Below are positions 1 to 11,660 of a stretch of DNA of 64,000 nucleotides, piece after piece. Under the pieces are notes generated by a model. The model was not told the DNA's origin, ran no database searches, and was given only the letters and a program-made list of their open reading frames with translations. The stretch is taken from NCBI GenBank assembly GCA_017446745.1, contig JAFSQF010000067.1, positions 15,010-79,009 of the forward strand. Direction: 5' to 3'. A program made the translations under genes and the position numbers. Position 1 is the first letter of the stretch. Every line of letters starts with the position of its first letter. Source of the DNA: Bacteroidales bacterium. GTDB lineage: Bacteria > Bacteroidota > Bacteroidia > Bacteroidales > P3.

Positions 1-293
1 CTGCTCTCTGGCAGTATCGTCGCGCCAATAAGCTGGCCACCGTGGCATGGCAACGCACCAAGGAAGGCATGATGAAAGAAGTTATCAATCAGGAAGAAAA
101 AGCCATCAACGGCCTCGCAGAACTTGAGGCCTCCGTCAAAGCCCTCAAGGCCCGCGAAAACGAGGACTTCGACCCCTCAAAACAGATCGCCAACCTCTTG
201 AACGACTACACTTTCCGCATTTACGACAACACCACCTTCGCATGGCGTCAGCTCGAAGAAAAATACTGGCACCTTTTCGGCATGGGTTTCTAA
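1..293 (+). CDS. 3' end of a CDS that starts upstream of the window (function unknown)
   Basis: Frame 3 is open from base 3 to the TAA at 291-293. The listed 83-aa ORF is only the part after an internal GTG. No recognisable motif. Confidence 0.4.
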   Translation, partial: ALWQYRRANKLATVAWQRTKEGMMKEVINQEEKAINGLAELEASVKALKARENEDFDPSKQIANLLNDYTFRIYDNTTFAWRQLEEKYWHLFGMGF

Positions 294-355
294 AACCATA
301 GAATCTATAGATTTTATAGAATCTCTAGAACCTATAGAAAAAAGTAAATCAATCA

Positions 356-712
356 ATGACACAGAATCTTGACAACCTTATAATCATCGGCGACCGTGTG
401 CTAATACAGCCTGGCACCGCCGCGCATCGCACCAAAGGCGGCCTCTACCTCCCGGCAGGCTACCAGGAAAAGGAGGAAATCCAGTCGGGCTACATCCTCA
501 AATGCGGCCCAGGCTATGCCCTCCCCAATATGGAGGGCGATGAACCATGGAACCCCAAAGACAAAGAACCGCGCTACCTGCCCCTACAGGTAAAGCCCGG
601 CGACTTGGCTCTTTTCATGCAGAAAAATGCCGTGGAAATCAAGTACAACGGCGAGAAATACTTCATCGTCCCTCAAAATGCCATCCTCCTGGTGGAACGC
701 GACGAATTTTAG
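356..712 (+). CDS. GroES/Cpn10-like co-chaperonin family protein, stand-alone
   Basis: IIIGDRVLIQP...GGLYLP...GYILKCGPG...VKPGDLALF...ILLVERD matches the Cpn10 fold pattern. It is 118 aa, longer than canonical GroES, and no groEL is adjacent. Confidence 0.7.
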   Translation: MTQNLDNLIIIGDRVLIQPGTAAHRTKGGLYLPAGYQEKEEIQSGYILKCGPGYALPNMEGDEPWNPKDKEPRYLPLQVKPGDLALFMQKNAVEIKYNGEKYFIVPQNAILLVERDEF

Positions 713-777
713 ATGACATATAAACCATTACACATCTGAACAATTAAACTTTTAAACAAATAAACACTTCAACAATA

Positions 778-3420
778 ATGACTTCCCAAGAGATACGTAA
801 AAAATTCCTCGACTTTTTCCAGAGCAAGAACCACCATGTTGTACCTTCGGCCCCTATGGTGGTGAAAAACGACCCCACGCTGATGTTCACCAATGCCGGC
901 ATGAACCAGTTTAAGGATATCTTCCTCGGCAACAGTGCAGCGCAATACCCACGCGTGTGCGACAGCCAGAAGTGCCTCCGCGTCAGCGGCAAACATAACG
1001 ACCTTGAGGAGGTGGGGCACGACACCTACCACCACACCATGTTCGAAATGCTCGGCAACTGGTCGTTCGGCGACTACTTCAAGCGCGAGGCCATAGCCTA
1101 CGGGTGGGAGTTCCTCACCGAGGTGATGAAAATCGACAAGAACAACCTCTACGTCACCGTCTTCGGCGGCGACGAGAAGGAAGGCTTGGCCATGGATACC
1201 GAAGCCTACGACTTCTGGAAAGAGCATATCGCTGAGGAGCGTATCCTCAAAGGCTCGAAGAAAGACAACTTCTGGGAGATGGGCGACCAGGGCCCTTGCG
1301 GCCCATGCAGCGAAATACATGTCGACATCCGCGACGACGCCGAGAAAGCCAAAATCCCCGGCAAAGAGCTGGTCAACAAGGACAACCCTCAGGTTATAGA
1401 GATTTGGAACCTCGTCTTCATGCAATACAACCGCCTCGCCAACGGCACTCTCGAACCCCTTAAAGCCAAGCATATCGACACAGGTATGGGCTTCGAACGC
1501 CTCTGCATGGTCATGCAAGGCAAGAAGTCGAACTACGACACCGACGTCTTCCAGCCTCTGATCCAGGAGCTTGCCAAACTCTCCGGCAAGACCTATGGGG
1601 CCGATGCGGAGGCCGACGTGGCCATGCGCGTCTGTGCCGACCACCTGCGCGCCGTCAGCTTCTCCATCGCCGACGGCCAGCTGCCCAGCAACGCCAAGGC
1701 CGGCTACGTAATCCGCCGCATCCTGCGCCGCGCCGTGCGCTATGGCTACACCTTCCTCGGGCAGAAAGAGCCGTTCTTGCATACCCTCGTGCCCACCCTG
1801 GTGCAGCAGATGGGACATCAGTTCCCCGAGCTCGCCAAGCAGCAGGAGCTCATACGCCGCATTATCCTCGAAGAGGAGCAAGCCTTCCTTAAGACCCTTA
1901 TGGGCGGCATCGTGAAGTTCGAGAACTACATATCCAAAGCCATGGAGTGCGAGACCGGTTGCGAGGCTTGTGAACAGAAAGCCACGGTCGACAAAGTCAT
2001 CGACGGCGCTTTCGCCTTCGAACTTTTCGACACCTACGGCTTCCCCATCGACCTCACGCAGTTGATGGCCGCCGAAAAGGGCTGGACCGTGGATATGGAG
2101 GGTTTCAACAAAGGCCTTGCCGAGCAGAAAGACCGCTCGCGTGCCGCCGCCAAGACCGAGAGCGACGACTGGGTGGAACTCCAGCCCGGCGTGGAAGAGC
2201 AATTTGTGGGCTATGACGAGCTTTGCATCGAGGTACATATAGTGCGCTATCGTCAGGTGCGCACCAAGGAACGCTCGTTCTATCAGCTCGTTTTCGACCG
2301 CACCCCCTTCTACGGCGAAGGCGGCGGACAGGTGGGCGACACCGGCACGCTTGGAGCGGGCGACGAGGTGCTACCTATTGTCGACACAAAGAAAGAGAAT
2401 AACCTTATCGTTCATATAGTCACTAAGTTGCCGAAGGACTTGAATGCCACCTTCAAGGCCGAGGTGGACAAGTGCCGCCGCATAGCCATCGAGTGCAATC
2501 ACAGCTCCACCCACCTGCTACATAAAGCATTGCGTAATGTCCTCGGCACTCATGTGGAGCAGAAAGGGTCGAGTGTCGACGACCAGCGGCTGCGTTTCGA
2601 CTTCTCCCACTTTGCCAAGCTCACCAAGGAGGAGTACCGCGAGGTGGAGAAACAGGTGAACATCGACATCCGCATGTCGTTGCCCCTCGAGGAGCATCGC
2701 GCCATGCCCATTGCCGAGGCCCAGAAAATGGGTGCCATGGCCCTCTTTGGCGAGAAATATGGCGAGAAAGTACGTGTGGTGAAATTCGGCGAAAGCGTTG
2801 AGTTCTGCGGTGGTACGCATATCAGCAACACCGGTCATATAGGCTCTTTCCGCATCGTCAGCGAAGGAGCTATTGCTGCCGGCATGCGCCGCATCGAGGC
2901 CGTGACAGGTGCCGCTGCCGAGCGCTTTGTCAACGACCTTCAGGACCAGCTTGAGGCAGCCAAAGAGCAGCTGAAGAACCCCAAAGACCTTGCCGCGGCC
3001 ATCAGCAAGCTGCAGGACGACAATGCCGCGCTCCGCGCTCAAATCAGTGCTTTCCAGAAAGAGAAAGTGCAAAGCCTGTGCCGCTCTCTTGCTCAGGAAT
3101 TGAAAACCACCAATATCATCGCACGTCGTATGGACGACGACATCATGCAGCTGAAGGAAGGCGTCATGCAGCTCCGTGCAGACCATCCCGACATGGCTTT
3201 GGTTTTGGGCAGCGTGGTTGACGGCAAGCCCCAGCTGATGATTTGTCTTGGCCAGAACCGTGTGGATGCCGGCAAGAATGCCGGGACCATCATACGCCTC
3301 GCCGGTAAGGAAATCCAGGGTGGTGGTGGCGGTCAGCCTGCCTATGCCACAGCCGGTGGCAAGAACCCCGACGGCCTCGACAATGCTATTGCCGCAGCCC
3401 GCAACGAAATTGAGGGTTGA
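778..3420 (+). CDS. alaS: alanine--tRNA ligase
   Basis: 880 aa. Class II AlaRS N-terminal motifs (FTNAGMNQFKD, WNLVFMQYN, IDTGMGFERL), editing-domain HxxxH (HSSTHLLH) and a C-terminal DHHA1-like GGGGG tail. Confidence 0.97.
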   Translation: MTSQEIRKKFLDFFQSKNHHVVPSAPMVVKNDPTLMFTNAGMNQFKDIFLGNSAAQYPRVCDSQKCLRVSGKHNDLEEVGHDTYHHTMFEMLGNWSFGDYFKREAIAYGWEFLTEVMKIDKNNLYVTVFGGDEKEGLAMDTEAYDFWKEHIAEERILKGSKKDNFWEMGDQGPCGPCSEIHVDIRDDAEKAKIPGKELVNKDNPQVIEIWNLVFMQYNRLANGTLEPLKAKHIDTGMGFERLCMVMQGKKSNYDTDVFQPLIQELAKLSGKTYGADAEADVAMRVCADHLRAVSFSIADGQLPSNAKAGYVIRRILRRAVRYGYTFLGQKEPFLHTLVPTLVQQMGHQFPELAKQQELIRRIILEEEQAFLKTLMGGIVKFENYISKAMECETGCEACEQKATVDKVIDGAFAFELFDTYGFPIDLTQLMAAEKGWTVDMEGFNKGLAEQKDRSRAAAKTESDDWVELQPGVEEQFVGYDELCIEVHIVRYRQVRTKERSFYQLVFDRTPFYGEGGGQVGDTGTLGAGDEVLPIVDTKKENNLIVHIVTKLPKDLNATFKAEVDKCRRIAIECNHSSTHLLHKALRNVLGTHVEQKGSSVDDQRLRFDFSHFAKLTKEEYREVEKQVNIDIRMSLPLEEHRAMPIAEAQKMGAMALFGEKYGEKVRVVKFGESVEFCGGTHISNTGHIGSFRIVSEGAIAAGMRRIEAVTGAAAERFVNDLQDQLEAAKEQLKNPKDLAAAISKLQDDNAALRAQISAFQKEKVQSLCRSLAQELKTTNIIARRMDDDIMQLKEGVMQLRADHPDMALVLGSVVDGKPQLMICLGQNRVDAGKNAGTIIRLAGKEIQGGGGGQPAYATAGGKNPDGLDNAIAAARNEIEG

Positions 3421-3499
3421 CCTATTCAGTATGCCTGACGGGCTGCATACGTCCCCCGTGTGCAGCCCATTAGTAACATCATAAACAGATTCTTAATAC

Positions 3500-3889
3500 A
3501 TGCCTCCAGAAATAATTGCCGGAAACAAACATCGTTACCATATTGAATCGCTTGTAGGTACCAGCAGCACGGCCTACACCTATCGTGCCTTCGTCAGGCG
3601 TAGGAGTGGCAAGACCATACGTCGCCGCTACTACGCCTTGGTGTCGCCAAATGACGAACAGTCGCTCATTTCTTTCCTTTCCGACTTGAGACTGAGTATG
3701 ATGACCACCCCTTTCCCCGTCAGGATTGAGGAGGAAATCAAGAGCGATGATGGTCATTTTTATGTCATCGCCCGTGGTATGAAAGAAAAAAAGAGACACC
3801 CATTGCAAGCTTATACCAACAAAGGTTATCTGATGCTTTTCCTTTCTGCTGTTATACTTATTTTACTGGTAATTAAGTTTTTTAGTTAA
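3500..3889 (+). CDS. hypothetical protein with C-terminal transmembrane anchor
   Basis: 129-aa ORF in an otherwise empty gap, with a hydrophobic C-terminus (LMLFLSAVILILLVIKFF). No family recognised. Confidence 0.35.
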   Translation: MPPEIIAGNKHRYHIESLVGTSSTAYTYRAFVRRRSGKTIRRRYYALVSPNDEQSLISFLSDLRLSMMTTPFPVRIEEEIKSDDGHFYVIARGMKEKKRHPLQAYTNKGYLMLFLSAVILILLVIKFFS

Positions 3890-3907
3890 TTAGATAACAA
3901 TTCCTTT

Positions 3908-4414
3908 ATGGCTTTAATAAAATCTTTCAGAGGCCATTTGCCCCGTTGGGGCAAAGACTGTTATTTCAGCGAGAATGCCACCCTTGTGGGCGACGTTACC
4001 CTGGGCGACCAATGTTCGGTGTGGTTCAATGCCGTGGTGCGCGGCGACGTGGCACCCATTACCATTGGCGACCGCACCAATGTGCAGGATGGCTCGTGCA
4101 TCCACGTCACCCATGAGACTGGCCCCACGCATATAGGCAGTGATGTCACCATAGGCCATAATGTCACCGTTCATGCCTGCACAATATGTGACGGGGCCTT
4201 GATAGGCATGGGGACCACGCTTCTCGACGACTGTGAGGTAGGAGAGGGGTCCATAGTAGCTGCCGGTGCCCTCGTGCTGCAGGGCACCAAAATACCTCCA
4301 CACGAGATATGGGGTGGCGTTCCGGCGCGCTATATCAAGCCCACCCGTCCCGGTCAGACCGACAATGCCGCCCATTATGTAGAGTACGCTAAAGAATACC
4401 TCAAGCAGCAGTAA
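3908..4414 (+). CDS. gamma-carbonic-anhydrase-like / hexapeptide-repeat (LbH) family protein
   Basis: 168 aa with left-handed beta-helix hexapeptide repeats (VGDVTLGDQCSVWFNAVVRGD...IGDRTNVQDGSCIH...IGHNVTVHAC), the YrdA/PaaY-type layout. Confidence 0.85.
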   Translation: MALIKSFRGHLPRWGKDCYFSENATLVGDVTLGDQCSVWFNAVVRGDVAPITIGDRTNVQDGSCIHVTHETGPTHIGSDVTIGHNVTVHACTICDGALIGMGTTLLDDCEVGEGSIVAAGALVLQGTKIPPHEIWGGVPARYIKPTRPGQTDNAAHYVEYAKEYLKQQ

Positions 4415-4532
4415 TTTCACCTCGTCGTACTTCCCGCCGGCCAACTTCCCCTGCCGTTCAGCACACGTTCCAGCGCGCAACCCGTCAACCCACTGCCATA
4501 CCGACACGCGTCACTTACCATCAAAAAAACAT

Positions 4533-4572
4533 AAAAGCACTGTGGAAAATGAACTGCCACAGTGCTTTTTTT
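4533..4572. terminator. bidirectional rho-independent terminator between convergent genes
   Basis: 10-bp stem AGCACTGTGG / CCACAGTGCT (4536-4545, 4557-4566), with an A-run on the left and a T-run on the right. Confidence 0.6.
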
Positions 4573-4609
4573 GTTGAGTGCGGAAGCACAGCCTTCCCGA
4601 TAAGCTCTT

Positions 4610-7216
4610 TTATCCCGCCACCGGTTCGGCGAAACTCTCGTTTATGGCTTCGCTCAGTTGCTGGCTGGCCTCTCCTTTTTCTATGTCGAAAACAATCTTG
4701 TCAGCCTCTTTACCGTCGGCGGCGTCGGTGGTGATGTGGATGGTGTCGCCTGCCAATATGTCAGCCTTGATAATCTCCTCGGCCAGGTCGTCCTCTATGT
4801 AGCGTTGAATGGCGCGTTTCAGCGGTCGGGCCCCATACTGAGCATCCCATCCTTTCTTCACCAGGAAGTCCTTGGCACTCTCATCTATCGTTATGCCATA
4901 GCCCATGCCTTCTATACGTTTAAACAATCCCTTTAGTTCGATATCGATAATTTTATGGATGTCATCGCGTTGTAGGCTATTGAAGTAGATGATGTCATCT
5001 ATGCGGTTCAGAAATTCTGGAGCGAAGGATTTCTTGAGGGCTTTCTCAATCACGTCGCGTTCCATGTAAGCTTTCTCGGCTTCGCGGGCGGCGGTGTTGA
5101 AGCCTACGCCGGTGCCGAAGTCCTTCAGTTGGCGACTGCCGATGTTGGAGGTCATGATGATGGTGTTCTTGAAGTCCACCTTGCGGCCCAGGCCGTCGGT
5201 GAGCTGGCCGTCGTCGAGCACCTGTAGCAGCACGTTGAACACATCGGGATGAGCTTTCTCTATCTCGTCCAACAGGATGATGGAGTAAGGTTTGCGGCGC
5301 ACTTTCTCGGTCAGCTGGCCACCCTCTTCATAGCCCACGTAGCCCGGAGGTGCTCCGATGAGGCGCGACACCGCGAATTTCTCCATATATTCGCTCATGT
5401 CGATGCGTATCATCGACTGCTCGCTGTCGAACAGGTATTTTGCCAGCACCTTGGTGAGGTAAGTCTTGCCGACGCCCGTGGGGCCAAGGAAGATGAATGT
5501 ACCGATGGGCTTGTTGGGGTCTTTCAGTCCGGCGCGGTTGCGGCGTATGGCCTTACAAATCTTTTTGATGGCTTCCTCCTGACCTATCACGGTGCCGCTC
5601 AGCTCCTGCTCCATCTGTAGCAGACGGCTGCCTTCGTTCTGCGCTATGCGTTGCACAGGCACGCCGGTCATCATGGCCACCACTTCGGCAACGTCGTTCT
5701 CCGTCACCTGCACCCGGTTGTCGCGTTGCTCTTCTTCAAAGTGTTGCCGCATCTCTTCGAGCTGGGCAGTGAGCTGTCGCTCCTCGTCGCGCAGTGCCGC
5801 GGCCTCGTTGTAGCTGCGCTGCGCCAGCACCTCTTTCTTCTGCTTCACCACATCGGCTATACGGGCTTCCATATCAAGAATCTCCTGTGGCACCCGCACA
5901 TTGGCGATGCGGACGCGCGCTCCGGCCTCGTCGAGGGCGTCGATGGCCTTGTCGGGCAGCAGGCGGTCGGTGACGTAGCGTTCCGTGAGGCTTATGCATG
6001 CCTTCAGGGCTTCTTCGGTGTATTGCACGCCGTGATGGTCTTCATATTTGTCGCGTATGTTGTTGATTATCTCCAATGTCTCTTCGGGAGTGGCGGCCTC
6101 GACAAGCACCTTTTGGAATCGGCGTTCCAGGGCTCCGTCTTTCTCTATATATTGACGGTATTCATCGAGGGTGGTGGCTCCGATGCACTGTATCTCGCCA
6201 CGTGCCAAAGCCGGTTTGAACATGTTCGAGGCATCGAGCGAGCCGCTGGCGCTGCCGGCTCCCACTATGGTGTGTATCTCGTCGATGAATAGGATGATGT
6301 CGTGATTTTGCTCCAACTCGTTGAGGATGGCTTTCATACGTTCCTCGAATTGGCCACGGTATTTCGTGCCCGCCACCAGCGAGGCCAAGTCGAGCGAAAT
6401 AACCCTCTTGTGGTAGAGTGTCCGCGGCACACGCCCGTCGACAATACGTTGCGCAAGCCCTTCGGCTATGGCCGACTTGCCGACGCCGGGCTCGCCTATC
6501 AGCACCGGGTTGTTCTTCTTCCGGCGGCTCAGGATCTGGGCTATGCGTTCAAGCTCTTTGGCACGTCCCACGATGGGGTCCAGCCGCCCCTCTTCGGCAG
6601 CCTTCGTAAGGTCGCGTCCGAAGTTCTCCAATGCCGGTGTCTTGCCGCTCTTTGGCGCTTCGCTGCGCTGCTGCGCGTTGGGGTTGGCATACGGATAGTC
6701 GTCGTCATCCTCGTCGTCGCCCATGTCAAATTTGGGCTCGTAGTCGTCGGCCTTACGCCCCTCTTGTCCATCTTCTTTCAGTTTGTTCTTCAGCAAACCA
6801 TAGAATTTCTGATAGGTCATTCCCTCACGCTCCAACAGTCGCGAGGCTACGTTCTCGCCCTCCATAAGGATTGCCAGCACCAGATGCACGGTGTGTATCT
6901 CCGGGGCTTTAAGCTTGGTGGACTCCAGGTATGCGAGGCGCAGCACCTTCTCCGTCTGCTTCAGCATGGGCACGTGGCTGTCCTCCGCAAAAATGATGTC
7001 GCTCTGCTGCCGTCCTATGGCCGATTCGATGCGGCTCTTTAGGGTCTGCATATCAATGCCCTGTTGCGATAAGACCTTGTATGCCGAGCATTCCGGCTCC
7101 CTTATTATCCCTAAAAAAAGATGCTCCACACCCATATTGCCATTCTTCAGTCGTATGGCTTCGTCGTTGGCGTTGTTTATTGCTTTTCGGCTGTCTGAAC
7201 TGAATTTTGGTTCCAT
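4610..7216 (-). CDS. clpC: ClpC-type AAA+ ATP-dependent chaperone / Clp protease ATP-binding subunit
   Basis: 868 aa. Has a Clp_N repeat N-terminus, two Walker A boxes ([17 protein letters not shown]) and a short UVR-like middle segment rather than the long ClpB coiled coil. Confidence 0.9.
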   Translation of the reverse strand: MEPKFSSDSRKAINNANDEAIRLKNGNMGVEHLFLGIIREPECSAYKVLSQQGIDMQTLKSRIESAIGRQQSDIIFAEDSHVPMLKQTEKVLRLAYLESTKLKAPEIHTVHLVLAILMEGENVASRLLEREGMTYQKFYGLLKNKLKEDGQEGRKADDYEPKFDMGDDEDDDDYPYANPNAQQRSEAPKSGKTPALENFGRDLTKAAEEGRLDPIVGRAKELERIAQILSRRKKNNPVLIGEPGVGKSAIAEGLAQRIVDGRVPRTLYHKRVISLDLASLVAGTKYRGQFEERMKAILNELEQNHDIILFIDEIHTIVGAGSASGSLDASNMFKPALARGEIQCIGATTLDEYRQYIEKDGALERRFQKVLVEAATPEETLEIINNIRDKYEDHHGVQYTEEALKACISLTERYVTDRLLPDKAIDALDEAGARVRIANVRVPQEILDMEARIADVVKQKKEVLAQRSYNEAAALRDEERQLTAQLEEMRQHFEEEQRDNRVQVTENDVAEVVAMMTGVPVQRIAQNEGSRLLQMEQELSGTVIGQEEAIKKICKAIRRNRAGLKDPNKPIGTFIFLGPTGVGKTYLTKVLAKYLFDSEQSMIRIDMSEYMEKFAVSRLIGAPPGYVGYEEGGQLTEKVRRKPYSIILLDEIEKAHPDVFNVLLQVLDDGQLTDGLGRKVDFKNTIIMTSNIGSRQLKDFGTGVGFNTAAREAEKAYMERDVIEKALKKSFAPEFLNRIDDIIYFNSLQRDDIHKIIDIELKGLFKRIEGMGYGITIDESAKDFLVKKGWDAQYGARPLKRAIQRYIEDDLAEEIIKADILAGDTIHITTDAADGKEADKIVFDIEKGEASQQLSEAINESFAEPVAG

Positions 7217-7272
7217 GTATTCCTTTGTAAAAAAATGTATTGTATTATTGCTTACTTATTGTGTTCCGAGTT

Positions 7273-7280
7273 CAAAATTA
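7273..7280 (-). promoter_or_regulatory. candidate Bacteroidetes -7 box (TAATTTTG) for clpC
   Basis: The + strand reads CAAAATTA, about 57 nt upstream of the clpC start. Matches TAnnTTTG. Confidence 0.3.
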
Positions 7281-7432
7281 CTCTGTTTTTCTTTTCCAAC
7301 AATTCCTTTGCCAAAGTTGTTTTCAACATGCTTTTGTGGATTGCGTCTGACAATATGTCAGTATGTTTATTTATTGTTAATAATTAATCTTTTTTTTTGT
7401 TAAAATGCGGCTCAAAATTGGAAGATTTTTAC

Positions 7433-7440
7433 TACTTTTG
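7433..7440 (+). promoter_or_regulatory. candidate -7 box (TACTTTTG) for gyrA
   Basis: Exact TAnnTTTG match 68 nt upstream of the gyrA ATG. Confidence 0.4.
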
Positions 7441-7507
7441 CGTTCTGTCACGAAAGAGGCAACTATTCTCTTTCTTTCTAAACTACAATAGATTAAACTA
7501 ATTCTTA

Positions 7508-10108
7508 ATGGTATCTGATAACGAAAAAATCACTCAAGTTGATATAGAAACCGAGATGAAGTCGGCCTATATCGACTATGCCATGTCTGTCATCGTTTCG
7601 CGCGCCCTGCCGGATGTCCGCGATGGCCTAAAACCCGTCCAGCGTCGTATCCTCTATGCTATGAACGACATGGGCCTCACATATAACACCTCCTATAAGA
7701 AATCCGCCACCGTGGTCGGCGAAGTGCTGGGTAAATACCACCCCCACGGCGATTCGTCGGTCTACGGCGCCATGGTGCGTCTGGCTCAGCCTTGGGCTAT
7801 GCGCTACATGCTCGTCGACGGCCAGGGCAACTTCGGCTCTATCGACGGCGACGGCCCGGCAGCTATGCGTTACACCGAGGCACGTATGAAGCAGATCTCC
7901 AACGAAATGCTCGCCGATATCGAGGAAGAGACCGTCGACATGATGCCCACCTACGACAACGACCGTGAAGAACCCACCGTTCTTCCCTCTAAAATACCAA
8001 ACCTGCTGGTCAACGGCTCCAACGGTATCGCTGTGGGTATGGCAACCAACATGCCCACCCACAACCTCAAGGAGGTCATGAACGGCTGCATTGCCTTCAT
8101 CGACAACCCCGACATCACTATCGATGAGCTCATGAAGCATATCACTGCTCCCGATTTCCCCGGCGGCGGTATCATCTATGGCTACAAGGGGGTACGCGAA
8201 GCCTTCACCACCGGACGCGGCTCCATCATCATCAGGGCCGAGACCTCGTTCGAGACCGACAAGAAAGGTCGCGAGATGATTGTGGCACACTCTATCCCTT
8301 ACAATGTCAACAAGGCTGAGATGATTAAGAAACAGGCTCAGCTTGTGAAGGAGGGCAAAATCGTGGGCATCACCGATATCCGCGACGAATCGGACAAGGA
8401 TGGTATCCGTGTGGTCTACTATCTGCGTCACGATGTGGTACCCAATATCGTCCTCAACAAACTTTTCCAATTTTCCGACCTCCAGTCTTTCTTTGCTGTC
8501 AACAACATAGCCCTGGTTAAAGGCCGTCCTCAACTCCTTAACCTCAAAGACTTGATACGCTGCTTTGTGGAGCACCGTGAAGACGTGGTGACCCGCCGCA
8601 CCAAGTTCGAGATGGCCGAGGCCGAAAAACGCGCTCACATCCTCCAGGGTTTCCTCAAGATGATTGACATCCTCGACGAGGTCATCGCTCTCATACGCCG
8701 TTCCGAAACCCAGGACGACGCCCGTCAGGCCATGATGGACACTTGGGGCTTCTCCGACTTGCAGGCCCGTGCCATCATCGCCATGCGCCTTGGCCAACTC
8801 ACCAAACAGAACCGCCTGGAATTGCAGGCCGAATACGACGAGAAGATGCAGTTCATCGAACGCTGCAAGGACATCCTCGCCAACCACGACGTGCTCATGA
8901 GCGTTATCAAGGATGAAATGATCGAGATCCGCGACAAGTACGGCGACGAACGACGCACACGCATCGAGTTCGACGCCTCCAACTTCAGCGTAGAGGATAT
9001 GATTGCCGACGACAAGGTAGTCATCACCATCTCGCACATGGGCTACATCAAACGCACCCTCCTCAACGAATACCGGACCCAAAGCAGGGGAGGGGTGGGC
9101 TCCAAGGGCAGCTCTGTGCGCAACGAGGACTTCGTCGAGCACATCTTCATGGCCACCAACCACAACTACATCCTCTTCTTCACCGAGAAAGGACGCTGCT
9201 ACTGGAAACGGGCTTTCGAGATTCCCGAAGGCAGCAGGGACTCAAAAGGTCGCGCCATCCTCAACCTCATCAGCATCGAACCCGACGACAAGGTCAAGGC
9301 TTACGTCAACGTCTCTAACCTCAAAGACCCCGACTACCTCAACAACCATTTTATCGTCCTCTGCACCAAGAATGGCATCGTGAAGAAAACCAACCTCGAA
9401 GCTTATTCCCATCCTCGCTCCAAGGGCATCATCGCCGTTGGTATTCGCGAGGGCGACGAGCTGCTCACCGCGCGTCTCACCGACGGCAACAGCGAGCTCC
9501 TTATCGCTTCGAGCATGGGCCGTGTGGTTCGCTGCAGCGAGAACGAGTTCCGCGACATGGGACGCGGCGCCTCGGGCGTAAAAGCCATTTCGCTCGAGAA
9601 CGAGAACGACAAGGTCATCGGTATGCTCTGCACCAACAACGATGACGAGGATATCCTCGTCGTCAGCGAAAAGGGTATAGGCAAGAAATCTCAACTCCGA
9701 CATGATGTGGAGAAAAATCTTGGCTATCGCCCCACGCACCGTGGCGGCAAGGGCGTGATGACTATGAAAGTGACCGAAAAGACCGGCAACATCGTAGCCA
9801 TAGAAAATGTCACCGACGACAACGACCTGATGATTATCAACCGCTCGGGCATCACTATACGTATGCATGTGGCCGACCTCCGTGTCATGGGTCGCAATAC
9901 GCAGGGCGTCAAGCTGATAAACCTTCGTGGTAAGGATACCATAGCTTCCATCACCAAGGTGGATGCCGAACCGGACGAGGCAGTTCCAGAACAGCAGCCT
10001 GCTGACGCGACGAATACGTCTTCCGAAGCAGATACCACGCAACCCCAAAGCCTTGACACGCCAGAGCCGTCGGATTCATCAGATATGAAAGAAGACAACG
10101 AGAATTAA
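7508..10108 (+). CDS. gyrA: DNA gyrase subunit A
   Basis: 866 aa. Shows [23 protein letters not shown], the QRDR region [17 protein letters not shown], the active-site Tyr region AAMRYTEAR and beta-pinwheel CTD repeats. Confidence 0.97.
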   Translation: MVSDNEKITQVDIETEMKSAYIDYAMSVIVSRALPDVRDGLKPVQRRILYAMNDMGLTYNTSYKKSATVVGEVLGKYHPHGDSSVYGAMVRLAQPWAMRYMLVDGQGNFGSIDGDGPAAMRYTEARMKQISNEMLADIEEETVDMMPTYDNDREEPTVLPSKIPNLLVNGSNGIAVGMATNMPTHNLKEVMNGCIAFIDNPDITIDELMKHITAPDFPGGGIIYGYKGVREAFTTGRGSIIIRAETSFETDKKGREMIVAHSIPYNVNKAEMIKKQAQLVKEGKIVGITDIRDESDKDGIRVVYYLRHDVVPNIVLNKLFQFSDLQSFFAVNNIALVKGRPQLLNLKDLIRCFVEHREDVVTRRTKFEMAEAEKRAHILQGFLKMIDILDEVIALIRRSETQDDARQAMMDTWGFSDLQARAIIAMRLGQLTKQNRLELQAEYDEKMQFIERCKDILANHDVLMSVIKDEMIEIRDKYGDERRTRIEFDASNFSVEDMIADDKVVITISHMGYIKRTLLNEYRTQSRGGVGSKGSSVRNEDFVEHIFMATNHNYILFFTEKGRCYWKRAFEIPEGSRDSKGRAILNLISIEPDDKVKAYVNVSNLKDPDYLNNHFIVLCTKNGIVKKTNLEAYSHPRSKGIIAVGIREGDELLTARLTDGNSELLIASSMGRVVRCSENEFRDMGRGASGVKAISLENENDKVIGMLCTNNDDEDILVVSEKGIGKKSQLRHDVEKNLGYRPTHRGGKGVMTMKVTEKTGNIVAIENVTDDNDLMIINRSGITIRMHVADLRVMGRNTQGVKLINLRGKDTIASITKVDAEPDEAVPEQQPADATNTSSEADTTQPQSLDTPEPSDSSDMKEDNEN

Positions 10109-10189
10109 CCCTTTTTAACCCTTACGGCACACAATAATACTTGTTGAAACAATACTAAAAGGAAAATAACTTAAAACCAATTAAAGAAA

Positions 10190-11440
10190 ATGAAAAAATT
10201 TGCATTGTTTACAGCGCTTCTCTCTTTGGGTTTTGCTGTCACTGCACAGACACTCAACGTTCAGAGTGCTATGACCGACCTTAAGCGAGGCTACTTAAAG
10301 AAAGCAAAGACTTCTATCGACAAGGCATGTGAACATCCCGACACTAAGGATGATGCCAAGACGTGGTACTATGCAGGCCTCATCTACAGCCGCATCGGCA
10401 ATGAAGCCGGCAACTCCAAATCCAAAAACAAGGACATCGACCCCGAGTGGGCCGAAAAGGCCTACAACGCCGCCCTCCGTTGCAAGGAACTCGACAAAAC
10501 CGGCGAGTACGACCTGAAGTATATCTTCGGTATGATAGGCACCGACTACTACAACAAGAGTATTCCGCTCTTCAACGAAGGCAAATATCAGGAAGCCCTC
10601 AACCTCAGCGACAAAGCCGTCATGGTCTTCAACAACTCTGGCGACAAGGACCAGGCCAACGAAGCTCTTTTCATCGCCGGCTACTGCTGCCAGATGCTGA
10701 AAGACAACGACGGCGTCAAGAAATACTACGGCCCGCTGGTGCGCAAAAGCACCTTTTCTAAAGAGTTCAAAGCCCGTATGCCTCACGTCTATCAGGTTAT
10801 GTACGGCGTTTATATCGAGGCTAAGGACACCGCCAATGTGGTTAAGACCGCCGAGCGTTACACCAAAGCTATGCCCGAAGATCCTCAGGCTAACATTATG
10901 CTCGCCAACGCCTACGTGTGGATGGGCAACACCAAGAAAGGCATGGAACTGGCCGACAAGGCTGTGGAAGAAAGCAAGAACGACCAGCCCAAATATGTAA
11001 AAATCCTTTGCGCTGCAGCAGGTATTCACGAGATGGCTGGCGATTATGCTACGGCAGAACAGATGTACAAAACTTCGTCTGAGCTCGAAGCCAACCAGTT
11101 CGAAGCCAATTATGGTATGGGCAGTATGATGAACAACCGCGCTGCCGACAAGAGCGACGCTATCAACAAAATGGTTGAAGCTGGCAGCTTCTCCGACGAA
11201 GACCAGGCCGTTATGGACAAGCTGACCGAGGAACGTAACGAATATCTCCGCAAGGCTATTCCTTATCTGACGTCTGCTATCGCTTACATCGATTCTCTTG
11301 ACCCGGAAGCTGCTGGACAGTACCGTCCGCAGCTGCATGGCTGCCTCAAGGCTCTCAACGCTTGCTATATAGCTCTTGAGATGTACGACCAGTCGAAACC
11401 CATCAAGGCCAGAATCGAGCAACTCGAAAAAGGCAATTAA
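10190..11440 (+). CDS. secreted TPR-repeat protein
   Basis: Signal peptide MKKFALFTALLSLGFAVTAQ. Repeated A/Y/L-rich helical-pair pattern throughout the 416 aa. Confidence 0.7.
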   Translation: MKKFALFTALLSLGFAVTAQTLNVQSAMTDLKRGYLKKAKTSIDKACEHPDTKDDAKTWYYAGLIYSRIGNEAGNSKSKNKDIDPEWAEKAYNAALRCKELDKTGEYDLKYIFGMIGTDYYNKSIPLFNEGKYQEALNLSDKAVMVFNNSGDKDQANEALFIAGYCCQMLKDNDGVKKYYGPLVRKSTFSKEFKARMPHVYQVMYGVYIEAKDTANVVKTAERYTKAMPEDPQANIMLANAYVWMGNTKKGMELADKAVEESKNDQPKYVKILCAAAGIHEMAGDYATAEQMYKTSSELEANQFEANYGMGSMMNNRAADKSDAINKMVEAGSFSDEDQAVMDKLTEERNEYLRKAIPYLTSAIAYIDSLDPEAAGQYRPQLHGCLKALNACYIALEMYDQSKPIKARIEQLEKGN

Positions 11441-11481
11441 TTATATCAAGTCCCTTAGGTCGACTTAAAAAAATACACATA

Positions 11482-11512
11482 AAAAAGCATCCTGCAACGG
11501 GATGCTTTTTTA
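11482..11512 (+). terminator. rho-independent terminator after the TPR gene
   Basis: AGCATCC-loop-GGATGCT hairpin followed by TTTTTT. Confidence 0.7.
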
Positions 11513-11660
11513 TGGTCTATATTGCAACACAATTTCCATTATGTTAAGTAGAGGGTAGGAAAAATGACTGCGCGTATCACTACACGCAGTCTACAAGATT
11601 ATTACCCATAGTTTCAAATTATCAAGTTTCAAATTATCAAAATGGAACAGACAAAAAGAA

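Noticed and set aside
769-2238. 489-aa ORF antisense to alaS
   Set aside because: It lies entirely inside a confidently identified gene on the opposite strand. Its composition is Gly/Val/Ala/His/Leu-rich, typical of a shadow frame, and it has no motifs.
11610-11639. Perfect 15-bp tandem duplication AGTTTCAAATTATCA twice, downstream of the thioesterase gene
   Set aside because: It is real in the sequence but a single duplication between convergent 3' ends, most simply explained by a slippage event with no evident function.
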